A stretch of 52,966 nt of DNA, filler included, from Jimgerdemannia flammicorona (taxonomy: Eukaryota), in NCBI GenBank assembly GCA_003990765.1. It is 2 parts of 2 records of this genome, joined end to end, with 100 filler letters (N's around TTAATTAATTAA, not from the genome) between each part and the next. Parts side by side here need not be neighbours in the genome. Positions count along the whole stretch, not along the records: positions 1 to 26,441 come from RBNJ01000728.1; positions 26,542 to 52,966 come from RBNJ01000729.1. One strand, 5' to 3'. Under the pieces are notes generated by a model, which did no database searches, had not been told where the DNA came from, and worked only from the letters and a program-made list of their open reading frames with translations. Positions 25,256 to 36,567 of the stretch are shown here, in pieces. The position numbers were made by a program, and so were the translations under genes. Each line of letters begins with the position of its first letter. Positions within the stretch are counted from its first letter, which is position 1.

Positions 25256-25492
25256 TATAGTAACTAAGTTAGAACTTCTTTTTCTATAAGTTATTTTATA
25301 TAGTCAAGAGATCTATACATCTATATAATCTATATAATTATAAGTTTCATATAGTTGTGTAAATTATACAACTATGATATTGAGTAACTGTTAACTATAA
25401 TACTATATATACTATATCAGAAGTTAGATTCAGATACTGTAATCAAATTTTTATCTCCTAATTGTTGTTTCTAATTCAAATCAACTATCATA
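25256..25492 (-). repeat. Short LTR-like fragment related to the family-2 LTR 5' end
   Basis: Reverse complement TATGATAGTTGATTTGAATTAGAAA..TTTGATTACAGTA.TGAATCT matches 24756-24830. Confidence 0.4.
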
Positions 25493-25535
25493 ATATAGAT
25501 AATTAATAATAGAATAATTAATAATATATAAATAG

Positions 25536-25992
25536 TATAACATAGCGGATGCTTACTCTTGAAAGTACGTCGGATTTCTGTATCTTGAAAACTTGACTGT
25601 TCTGACTCTCGCAGAGTCTCTTGAAGTGGTAGGGGAGAGTGGGTGAGTTTGAAGTGTATCTGCCCACAGACTTACTAGTTCCTTTGCTATCTCTTTGCTT
25701 TGAACTATTTCGATCTGAGGTTTATTCACTCAAAGATACTGGGTTATTTATACAAGTTTGCTAGCTATGAGAGGGTGGCTAAGTAATAAATGAGTCATTT
25801 GGACTTTGTCAAAACATTTGGACAATGTCTAAATGTTATACTAAATCAGGGTATTCGATTTGGATAATGTCTAAGAATTTAGACAATGTCGAAATCAAGG
25901 ACTGCTAACTATAATGCTATACTACTTTGGGGATGGGTGAATCAAGTGTCTATTCCCTATTTCCTTCTTCTAAATCTGGCTGTACCATCACA
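25536..25992 (-). repeat. Family-2 3' LTR (457 bp) with PPT AGGAGGAAG at 25994-26002
   Basis: TGTGATGG start, TTATA (from TCACA) end, TATA box, AATAAA, internal TTTGGACAATGTC-like tandem repeats. Confidence 0.7.
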
Positions 25993-26029
25993 ACTTCCTC
26001 CTGAATGGATGGTCTCATCCCTGAGGCAT

Positions 26030-26440
26030 CTATTCAAACTCCCAGGCTTCAACGGTCTGTATGGTCTTGTACTGTACGATTTGCTGCATGACTGTTTCCC
26101 AATGATATCTTCTCACTTTCTCGAAGTCAGTAGGAGTTACTCCTCTCAGGTGGTCTATCGCTGCTTCATCTTCTCGGAATAACTTGTAGATCCTTTTGGC
26201 AATAGTGATCTGTGAGTGGGAGAGTTGACACTCGGCAATCCAGTCCTCCTTGGTCTTTGATGGATCCTGATTGAGCACCTGTCCAAGCTTGAAGTACTCT
26301 TGGAATTCTGCTCGATATTGATAGGCTCTAAAGTGCGAGATCTGAGAGAGATGAGTCTGCACAATACTCTGAATATCCTCATAGAATGGCTCTATGGTCG
26401 GAGGCTCGGTGGTGTGCCATTGTCTTTCGATGGCTCTTTG
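26030..26440 (-). CDS. Family-2 accessory ORF (3' part, open up to the contig end), unknown helical protein
   Basis: 137-codon stop-free frame QRAIERQWHTTEPP..EYFKLGQVL..QLSHSQITIAKRIYKLF..IDHLRGVTP..VEAWEFE*; stop ~30 bp before the PPT. Confidence 0.65.
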   Translation of the reverse strand, partial: QRAIERQWHTTEPPTIEPFYEDIQSIVQTHLSQISHFRAYQYRAEFQEYFKLGQVLNQDPSKTKEDWIAECQLSHSQITIAKRIYKLFREDEAAIDHLRGVTPTDFEKVRRYHWETVMQQIVQYKTIQTVEAWEFE

Positions 26441-26441
26441 G

Positions 26442-26541
26442 NNNNNNNNNNNNNNNNNNNNNNNNNNNNNNNNNNNNNNNNNNNNTTAATTAATTAANNN
26501 NNNNNNNNNNNNNNNNNNNNNNNNNNNNNNNNNNNNNNNNN
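26442..26541. other. Artificial contig linker N44-TTAATTAATTAA-N44
   Basis: Symmetric 100-bp spacer with stops in all six frames; flanking pieces are 26441 and 26425 bp. Confidence 0.9.
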
Positions 26542-26563
26542 AAAAAAAAAAAAAAAAAAAAAA

Positions 26564-27190
26564 CAGTTATCAAAGTTGATGACATCAAACCTATTGATAA
26601 TTCTCATGGCTTCATTAAGGTTTTTGGACTCTTCTAGTTTGATCTTGACTCCTGTGTTTTCCTTCAGACCTCAGACATAGCAGTCTATCTTTTTGTCCTC
26701 AGATATCACTGATAGCTCAAGTAAGATTGATAAGAATTATACATTATAGCTTTATACTGACTTAAGTTACTTGATATTTACTAGCTTATCTCTAACTAGC
26801 TTGATAGTATTAGCAGACTTGAACTGCTTATAAAGGGCTCTCTTGAAAGCTTCTTAGTCTCTAATTCATACATATGTATATAGATATAACTATAATATGA
26901 TTGCACTACCAGATGGCTGTATTTCCTTGAAAAAGTATGGTAGCAAATTGGACTTACATGTCTTCTTCTATTCTTGTGAGCTCGAAGTATTGATCCAACT
27001 AGAAGGTCCATATATCTGTAGATAGTCTTTCTTGATGGCTGTCAAAGATATCTGATTTGAGTGGCTTGAAACTGACTGGTACTATAGCAAAATGTGATAT
27101 ACTCATAGTTCTTGTTTTCTGCTATTCTAGTTATACTTGAAGTTCTTAGATTTAGTGGGCCATAGCATTGATCATATTCTCTATATTGAG
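26564..27190 (-). mobile_element. Ty3/gypsy gag (retrotransposon capsid) relic, family 3
   Basis: KPLKSDIFD..DIWTF*LDQYFEL..VQFATILFQGNTAIW..AFKRAL.KQF..RDKL..SV*SYN..F..ISEDKKIDCYV*GLK..LNEAMRI. Confidence 0.8.
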
Positions 27191-27346
27191 CTACAATCCT
27201 CTTACTTCTTCTATAGTAGAGAGGTCTGGCTGATAGACTAACTCTTCATGACTTATTTCAGATTTGTATGACTATTTGTAACTGGTTTCTGAATTTATAT
27301 AAGGTTTCTTAATAAGGCAAGATATAATGACACTACTGCTACTAAG

Positions 27347-27810
27347 TATAATAGTTCTAGTTTCTTTAAGAGAAAGTGGTTAAATCTGGAAGTTCTGATT
27401 AATCTAAAGTAGCTTGAAGAGATACTTAAAGGTTTAAGTATTCTTGAAGGATTTCTGAGAGAAAATATTCTGAGCTTTATTTAGGTAGAGAATAAGGATA
27501 TTTATATATAATCTAAAAGAAAGATCTGAAAGAATCTTGGAAAGAAAGATAAATGCTAAGAAATAAGTTCTTAGCAAAGCTGACTAATACTATTCTACAA
27601 TATTCTGAAAGGTTCTATGACTAGCTAAGATAAGATACTTAGTACCAAGAAGAGATAAGAATATTCTAGTGATGTCTGGACACTAAGAGAAGATTTCTAA
27701 GCAAGTAGAAGGTAGTGGAACATAGTAGAATATTTAAGAAATAATAAGAAAAGACTAACTAAAAGACATAAAAATATACTAAGACTAAATATGACTGTGA
27801 AATTGTTATA
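27347..27810 (-). repeat. Probable 5' LTR of family-3 element
   Basis: PBS-like TTAGTAGCAGTAG directly downstream; AATAAA and TATA-like motifs on minus; eroded TA..TA termini. Confidence 0.45.
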
Positions 27811-30505
27811 CTATGATATGTTAATAATAATACATATATTTGACTGATATTAAAGAAATAAATAAAAATATTTATATATTATCTAGCTCTAATTACATCT
27901 TTTATTTGATAAAATATATAAAGAGCTTTTATATCATCACTTATTAATACTCAAACAGATTCAGTACTATAACTTACTTGTATCTTGTACTTATATAGAC
28001 TATATATATATCTACTGACTTTGATAGATAATGATAGATTACCTATTTATTTCTTCTCTATATAGCTGAAATTCTATTGTTGGTCACCATAGTTATATAA
28101 ATCATAGTAATATTTACTAATTACTGATTGAATTACTATAGTAAGAGAATACTATATATATATAAAGAAGATATTAGTATTTTTTATTATCAGACACATC
28201 AATAAATTATATATATTTAAATACTTACAGATTTGCCTTCACATCTAACAATCTTTCTATTAGTATTCTTTTAATTCTCAAAATCACATTTTTTATAAAT
28301 ATATATACAAATATAGTCTGGAGTATCTTCTATTAAAAAAGTGAAATCAAACTTAGGGTCATATTCTTGATGAAAAATAGTATAGACTTTAATGATTATA
28401 AAATATATAATAATAATAATAAATAAGAAGTCTAATATATATATATCAATATATATTAGAAATAGTTACTTATCAATTATAGTTTTTTACTATAACTATA
28501 CTAATATCATAAATCTCTTACTTTTGTATAAGAGAGATATAATCTACTATAGAGGGTTCTTTATAATCATCATCATCAAGATCACCTTGAGCAGTATCAA
28601 TAAGAGCTAGAAACTTTTTAATTTGAATTATTTCAGAATTATCAATGGCTTCTTCTTTAGCTGAAATACTAAGTATGCCTATATGATCTTTGATCTCATC
28701 TTATTGAATTCATGTATCAACAGCCATATTAATTATAGTATTTATTATGATATAAAATTGAAATTATATTGATAAGAGTAATATATATATATATATATAT
28801 TGTATATTTGTTTAATCTTTACTCAATTGTACTCACTTATTATAACTGTTACATTCTTTTAATTTATCTATTATCTTTTTGATACTCTATATAATTCTTT
28901 ATCTATCTGTATCAGCATCTGAACATGTTGTAAGAAATTGATCTATATTATTTTAATAATTAATATATTCTTCATACAGGTGTTATAATTTAAGGATAAT
29001 ATAAAGAATTTGAGAAATTAGTATAATTTGATATTTTGTTTATTAAAATATATGATTTACTAATTATTTCTATCAATTTCTGTCTATTTTAAATAAATTG
29101 ATCCTTATCTTATATTTAGAAACTATATTTTTAAAAATATGCCAATTAGCCATATTGTGGTATAGATCTATAAGTTGTTTGATTATTCTATTCTCCTATT
29201 GATAAATAGTCTTTACAATATTCTTTACTTGAGGAATAATAGTAAGAGTGAGTATACTTGAGATAATATATATTACTATTAATGATAACTTGACTATTTT
29301 AATGAATTCAAGTATATCTACTTATAAAAGAGTATTTCCAAAAGGTCTCTAGATCTTATGGCAGTAATTGTTATATGCAATTCTCAAAAGACTTCTCAGA
29401 TACAGTTTGGTTTATATATCTAAGTACTTTATCATATCTATAATCAATTCTTAAAAACTCTAGATCCTTGTAAACAGTGATAGAATCTTGAATATTTATT
29501 ACTAAACCACTATTCCTAAGCCTAAGAAACTTGTACAACTGCTTCTGTAACTCATCTTTTTTTTATATTTCCAGATAGCTTTGCTCTTTTAGATAATTTG
29601 TTATATATTTATTTAAGAAAACTTTTCAAAATACTTACATATAGATGACTAAGAAGAATATTGATAGGAATGTTGTACTTATTCATAAGAAAAGCTGATA
29701 ATAAGTTAGTAGTAACTTAGGTGGACAAGAATAGGGTGATAACAACTTATATAGGTAGACAAAGATAAGAAAGGGCTAGCAACAGCTTGAGATGACAAAG
29801 ATAGATCAGTAATAGCTTTAGATGATAAAAATAGATAAGTAATAACTTGGTTAAATAAAAAGATAATAGTAAGGATATAGTTATACTATTTGACAATAGT
29901 GACAGCTGATATAGGTGTAGAAGTATTAGGAGTAGATAAGGTAAACAAAGTATAAGAAGAAGATGATATCATATAAAAAACTTAATTATATAAATTTACA
30001 TATATAAATTATAGAAAATATAGTTATCAAAGAGATTAAGGTCTTACTAATTCTCAAAAAAGACCTTGATCTAAGTCTAGTTAGTCACAATAGACTCCAT
30101 ACCTCAAGGTACTTATGTGAACTTCAATTTTTTTTTTTACAGCTAAATTGGTATACCTTAGTAATAAGAATTAATATTTTTTTATCTATTTTGTACTTAT
30201 ATTTAGAGATAAGATTTAAAAGTTTATATTTTTTAAAATTATAATAGTCTTTAAAAAAAAATTTATCAATAATTTTTTATAATAATTTCACCTTAGATAA
30301 AAAATAAAAATTTTTATAGAAATTTTTTTTTTTTTTTTTAAAAACTTTAATCTATCTGTTAAATGATTTAAAAGATAATCTCAAAGAGATAAACTAATAT
30401 TAATATTAATATTTTTTAATAATAATTATTATTTATTATATTTTAATTTTAATAATATAAAAGTTTTAATTTTTTAAAAAATAGTTATAAACAATTAAAT
30501 AAAGA
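27811..30505. other. Extremely AT-rich decayed repeat-derived DNA (origin not resolved)
   Basis: Near absence of CpG, abundant TpA; abrupt return to normal composition at ~30505. Confidence 0.5.
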
Positions 30506-30644
30506 TCTAAATATTTTTTGTAGTCACAACCCGAAACCTGATGACGTTGTTTCTTACATCCATTTTGTCCAATGTGCTTGTACTTGTTGATTCCTTCTCT
30601 CTCAAAGCGTTCAACGTAGGCGAAGGACCCGTTGTGCATCCAAC

Positions 30645-32238
30645 ATGAAGGTACATGTCGTAGCTACCGGAAGGACAGATAGAACAGTCAACGGAAGGAG
30701 TGGCCATTTAATGGATGGGATGCTTTGAAAGCAGATACAGCCATCCATCAAAGGAAATCTCGGATCTGGATGAAATCGCAGCCTTATTTTGCCTTGTATG
30801 TTAGCTTCACCATTCGCCGTGGTCGTCGGTGCCCTCGTCCACTATCGCCGGTTAAACGGACACATCTGTACCCACCTTCTGCATACAAGTCCATTTGACG
30901 AATCTCGCAATTGCACTTTTCTCACTTCGATGATTGAAGGTGGTACTAACCTCTTTTTACATTCGTCCCTTGATTCAACAGTTGAACATCGCCAACCCAG
31001 CTACTGGCTGCCAGAAATTATTTGACATCGAAGATGAGCGTAAATTGTGAGTTAACGCGGCGGGGAGGTTTCTGTGTTGAGGGAGCAGAGGATTGTGCAG
31101 AGCGAGACCCTGTGCGAATCTTGGCGGAAAATTACGCGTTCAGGCACCTGTTATGAGTGGAGTCGTTGTGAGATTTGAAGAGAAAGGTGCCTTAGGGTTG
31201 AGCGGGAGGGCAGGGCGTTTTTGTCGGTGGCAATGGAGAGGGTGGTGTGTTTATTGGTGACAGCCAGCGCTCAAGTTGGAGGTTGTATGAGGCAAGCAAG
31301 AGATGTGCAACATTACAGACCACAATGTTGATCTTGCCTTTCCTTCTTACATTACCACTAGGCGTGCTTTCTACGAAAAACGCATGTCGGCCGAAGTTCC
31401 TGGGGACTCTCTCGGTGACGAGTTCAAGGGCTATGTTTTCCGAATCTCAGGGGGTAATGACAAGCAAGGCTTCCCTATGAAGCAGGGTATTCTCCTTCCC
31501 AACCGTGTCCGCATCCTCATGGGAAAGGGACATTCTTGCTATCGTCCCCGCCGCACGGGCGAACGTAAGCGTAAATCAGTCCGTGGTTGCATTGTTGGCG
31601 CCGATCTGTCCGTTCTCTCCCTCGTTGTTGTCAAGCAGGGTGAGCAGAGCATCTCCGGCCTCACTGACAACATCGTGCCCAAGCGCCTTGGCCCGAAAAG
31701 AGCCAGCAAGATCCGCACATTTTTCGTGCGTACAAACTTTCCCGAAAATGTGGTTCCTTCCATTGTAGCTCTTTACCAATTTGCAATAGGTTTGAATTGA
31801 TATCATTATGCTTTTCGTCTTCCATTAGCATTTGAGTAAGGAAGATGACGTGCGCAAATTCGTCATTCGTCGTGAGGTCAAACCGAAGAATCCTGAAAAG
31901 AAGCCTTACACCAAGGGTCAGTACTTAACTGCTTCTGACATAGTTTGTATATAGCTAACAGGCACCCCGAAAATAATTACCTGTCTATTCCCATCTTGAT
32001 TTTCCCATCTTCATTTTCCCTTTGCATAGCTCCCAAGATTCAAAGGCTTGTGACCCCTGTCACTTTGCAAAGGAAGCGTCGCCGTATTGCCTTGAAACGT
32101 CGCCGTGCCGAGGCCGCGAAGGAGGCTGCTACCGAATACTCTGCTCTTCTTGCGAAGAGGGTCAAAGAGCAAAAGGAAAAGAAGTCTGCTCTCAGGCACA
32201 GGCGTTCCAGCAGCGTTGCTAAGTCCTCGTCCCAGTAA
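30645..32238 (+). CDS. RPS6: 40S ribosomal protein S6 (eS6); exons 30645-30650, 30982-31046, 31362-31725, 31829-31916, 32030-32238
   Basis: [63 protein letters not shown] introns; pyrimidine tract at ~30591-30603. Confidence 0.97.
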
Positions 32239-33275
32239 TGTTGACTGGTCTGGTTATAAAAATCTATGGAATAAAAGAAAGGATGTGTGATCCTTGGCCG
32301 TGTAATTTATGTTCTGGAGATGAAAATACTAGCTTGGACAATATCCATTTTACTTTGGACCCCGTGCCATATTTGGAGGTTTGGTCACGCCTAAAAGTAA
32401 ATACACCAAATGATATTGCAAAGGGTCGGGTGGCTTGGAAATTTCTGCATGCTTCTCCGCCGCACCACACTCAACATATTACTCAACGGCTATGTCTTCT
32501 CCAGAAGGTAATTGTGCCAAGCCTTTGGGTTCGTTGTCGGGTTTGGCATCGCCTGTTGACTTGTTTCCCGCAGATGTCCATTTCGTAATCCATAGCGCAT
32601 GGTACTTTCCTGCCGAGGCTGTCAAGAATTTTGAGCCCACTCTCAAGTGAGTAAAAACAAATGAGCACAAACTTCAGAAACTTCTAAATCAATGCCTGTT
32701 TTCAACTAACAGTGGCAATCTATACTGATGGCGCCATGAATTCAGAGAAATTGGTAACCTGACCGGAACAATTATATCATTTGATCAAAGGAAACAGGTG
32801 CGGAGAAAATACAGCGCGTTTTATCTAAACACTTTTCTTGCCTGTTGACTTTGTTCAATATGCACGTTCGCCGAGCGCGAAGAAAATTTCGGGAACATTA
32901 TGTCTCATAGAAGACTAAGCGTTGCGCTAACACATTATTATTGGTATTTTTAGTGTTTCGAACTTATTGGCCAATGTCATAGCGACCTTGAAAGAGCGTA
33001 AGTGAGATTGTTTATGTCAATGTTGACTTTTTAAGGAGGGTGGAGATTTCGAATATCCATTTGAATGATCCACTTCTCACACAATGATCGTATACTGTCT
33101 TCACAGTCGTATGCGTTTGAATACGACAATTATTCAGAAGGCGAGCACGCTCAAGGAGGATAAAATCGTTGGGAGTGTCATAGCCACACCGATCAAAACG
33201 CAGGACCCCACCACAGGGCAAACGTCATCCATAAGGATATCCCTGGACGTTAAATACAACAATGACAACAGTAGC

Positions 33276-36200
33276 ATGGCCGACACTGGTGATATCTCTG
33301 GATCAGAATACCATGAACCAGAAGCTCAAACGTACCTACACCCACCCACAGTGAGTGATGACAAGTATGATGACAAGGATGATGGCCCCAATTCACCTGG
33401 TTTGCCTTATAGTAAATTGTTCACATTCTCTCGAAATGTCGATGATCCGTCACATGTACTCGGAGCTCATCTGTACCAGACCACGAATTATCTCAAAGAT
33501 ATATGTGATGAGACAGGGACATCGTCTGATGTCAAGGGGAAGGTATAGAGTATCGTCAAAACGAATGACAAGCCGTTGCTCGTCAGCACCAATTAGAAGA
33601 ATTCTCACACTAGCTTTGTGTTTTTCCGCAGATGGTTTTTATTAAAGGTGAAAGTCAAAAAGCAGTCGACATGGCGATAGAGAGACTCGGGGTTCTTGAG
33701 GAGCTGTATGTGAGTACTTCCATAAGTAAAACAGTGGACTATCCCTGTGTTCCTCCGGCGGCATCTGATGTTTGAGGGTCTAATCCTTTCTGCGTCTCAC
33801 TAGCTCCAACGCGAGTATATGACCAAAATAGTGCCGGTAATCGACTATCCGACGGCTTCCGCTCCTTACAAGCTATATTTCTGCCTACTGGCGAAATACA
33901 AGTACGCGAGAATGGTCGATCTCCATCCAACAGTGAAAATTCACAAGGACAAACTCTATGTAATTCTCCCTGTCTTTCGGAACGAGCAGAATGAAGGTTA
34001 CATGAGACCAACGAATTTACTTGTCGACCCGCCAAGAACACCGCAGGCTGTTTTGCCTTCTGTGCCGATGATTCCGACAGTTCAACGTCAATATCAGCAG
34101 AAAGCATATGTGCCGGCTCCAACCGCCAATCCAGCGCCATCTCAGCGCGATTGGAAGAAACAGCATTCTTCGCAACCTATCCAGACAACATATCCTATGC
34201 CAATGCAGGATTTGCCGGGTTGGGGTGAGGAGAGAAGCTGGCAGTATTCCCATGCAAAGGATCCAAACTCGAGAGAGGCTAGCCATGTACAACAGACCAA
34301 GAGACTGCAAAAACCTTTCGAAGTCGATGTCCTTCGCCCGGATGAATTTCCGCCGCTGGAATCGACCCCGCAAATTCCCAAACTTACGCGTCCGCCCTTG
34401 GTGAACAAGGGCAGCACTCAATTCATAGTCACGGAAAAAGAATACCAAAAACAACGACAGGCTGAGCAAAGTGCCCAGCGTTTGAATTCCAACCCATTCG
34501 ATGGCAATTCTACTAACGGTATTGTAGATGACCATAGCCTTGGACGACAGAAAGATTCGGAGAGCGCAACCTTACGGAAAAGCGATATCGGAAATTGGGT
34601 GGAGAAAATCGCCGATCCAAACAATGAAACATTACTTCGGAGAAATAGGAGGAACATGCCTTCTCAGCAAGGCGATAACAACACATCCTCGCCATCAGCC
34701 ACGTGTGTGAATAAAGATACGGCGTTGAAACAGTGAGTAATCAGTTCGTTTGTTTTGTTTGGTATTGACCAAAAGGGTTCACGGGAAAATTCGTTTGAGA
34801 AAGATGCCAAACGAGAGGGCGGGGGAGGACGCATGTAGGCAGTAGATGACTCGATGATGCCCAAGAATTGGAGGTAAAATTTGAGATCGGTGGACAGGAG
34901 TAACTGCACAAAGAACTCATTCGAAAAGCATTAAATTTTGATGCGTTCTTAAGTAGAGAATACAATTTTCACAACATCAGGAGTGCGTTAATTGAAGGGT
35001 AGGTATATATATATATATGGTCAACTCGAGGATCGTATACAATGCAAAATTTCCGGTTTATATTTTTGTATTTTCTGTGGTTCGATATCAAGTCTTGAGC
35101 AGGTGCGCTCACACAAGGGCGAGATTCGATTTTCGGCCAAGTAAGTATTTGCAAATTCATCCCCAGCTTTCATCGTCGATCTGATTTAGCTCATTCGCTT
35201 CTGAAGTTGTTTACAACGCAGTCTAACTTCTCGATCTAATATCCTGCAGGGTTGGCAAGGTTCTGTGGACAAACGTGAAAACAGATGTTGCGCGGAACGT
35301 ATGGGATTCTCTGGACATCAAGGATGTGGTTGTAGGCGGTCACGGTGTGAAGCCAGTATTCAATGACATGTATGTCGGAGATCTTTATGTTGTCAGGTCG
35401 AACTACGAATTGCTTATCTTCCTGGCTCATGTGCATACCACATTCTGTTTTGGCGTGCTCTTCACGTCTACATAGCACGACCTCTTCGGAAAATATCGTT
35501 AGTCGGATCGCCGACATTCTGCCCAAGGCCTTCGCACGCAAAGCATATTTTGAGATTTCTGCTGGGGCCCGTAACCAACCACGGGCCGACTACGAAAAAG
35601 TAACCATGTTTGTCAACCAGGGATATGTGGATTTGCAGAAGGTGACGACTGCTATAAAGAAAATCGTGGAGGTGGATTGGGTGGCATTGGACCGTAAATT
35701 TGACTTCCAGTTCAGCCTCTCTAAACGGACTACGGTGAGACATGATGTCAAACCATTCAATACTTTCATCAAGAAGGTTTCTGTGAGGTACGTCCCAGTT
35801 TCTATCATTTGAACGCTACATGCCTACACATTAACTGGAGCACTCACTCGGACACACTACCTGACAACATAGCCCTAGTACCAAGCACATTGCGTACCAA
35901 AATATTCCTGGGTTTCTCGAGGTCACTCAGGTTCTGTTTAAACAAACTACACAATTTCGAATACATTGTCCGTTTGTTGTGGAAGTATCTCGCGTCGAGG
36001 ATTTGCCGCTGCAACAGCAGATACAGGAGCAGAAGTCCGGCGACAAGTTGATAGACAAGAGGATAGGACTGACAGGCGAAGGAAAAGTATGGTACGAACT
36101 TGAGGTAGGTCCCATTTGCGGTAATACGCTCATCTTTACAAGTTACAAGGATTTGGGATATTGTGGCGTATAAAATTGACACGAATGCTTATAGTGGTGG

Positions 36201-36423
36201 AATATTTCTATATATATTACAGTTCTTGCACAACGAAAATACCGAGACCTTCAAAGAAAACATTAACCTGTCCCGTGGAACGATCGCGAATTGGACGGCA
36301 GAAGATATTCTGGGCGAGGGCAAAGACGCGGCCAAACTAATTCAATTTGTCCGAACTATGCTGCTTTTTGTCGAGAAGTGCGAACCAATTTGCTCGGACG
36401 CGGTTTGCTCGGACGTGGAATAG
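33276..36423 (+). CDS. Multi-exon conserved-looking hypothetical protein with an N-terminal KH-like segment, a disordered middle and a globular C-terminal domain
   Basis: Spliceable coding blocks (LKDICDETGT..|MVFIKGESQKAVDMAIERL; GEIRFSAK|VGKVLWTNV; FDFQFSL; NWTAEDIL). Exact exon structure around 34730-35100 is uncertain. Confidence 0.6.
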
Positions 36424-36567
36424 GCCCGGAGTTTTGCAGTGTGATGGGAGAGAAGTTGTAATTTGCTACAATAATTGCAATACTAGGTATGACATCAGAG
36501 GAAATAACCATAAACAAACAAAAACGGTTGATTGATTTACTGCTCTTGCTTTTGACAACCTCTCACC

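Noticed and set aside
26542..26563. Poly-A runs (also 1-13) as retroposon tails
   Set aside because: They sit at contig ends, where homopolymers commonly break assemblies; no associated LINE/SINE body or TSD.
28392..28610. I/Y/K-rich 72-aa ORF
   Set aside because: Compositional artefact of extremely AT-rich DNA.
27811..30120. Possible DNA-transposon (CACTA/Plavaka-like) relic on the minus strand
   Set aside because: Only faint hints; too eroded to recover motifs or TIRs by eye.
32238..33221. Overlapping short ORFs between RPS6 and the next gene
   Set aside because: No motifs or consistent strand; likely 3' UTR and promoter.
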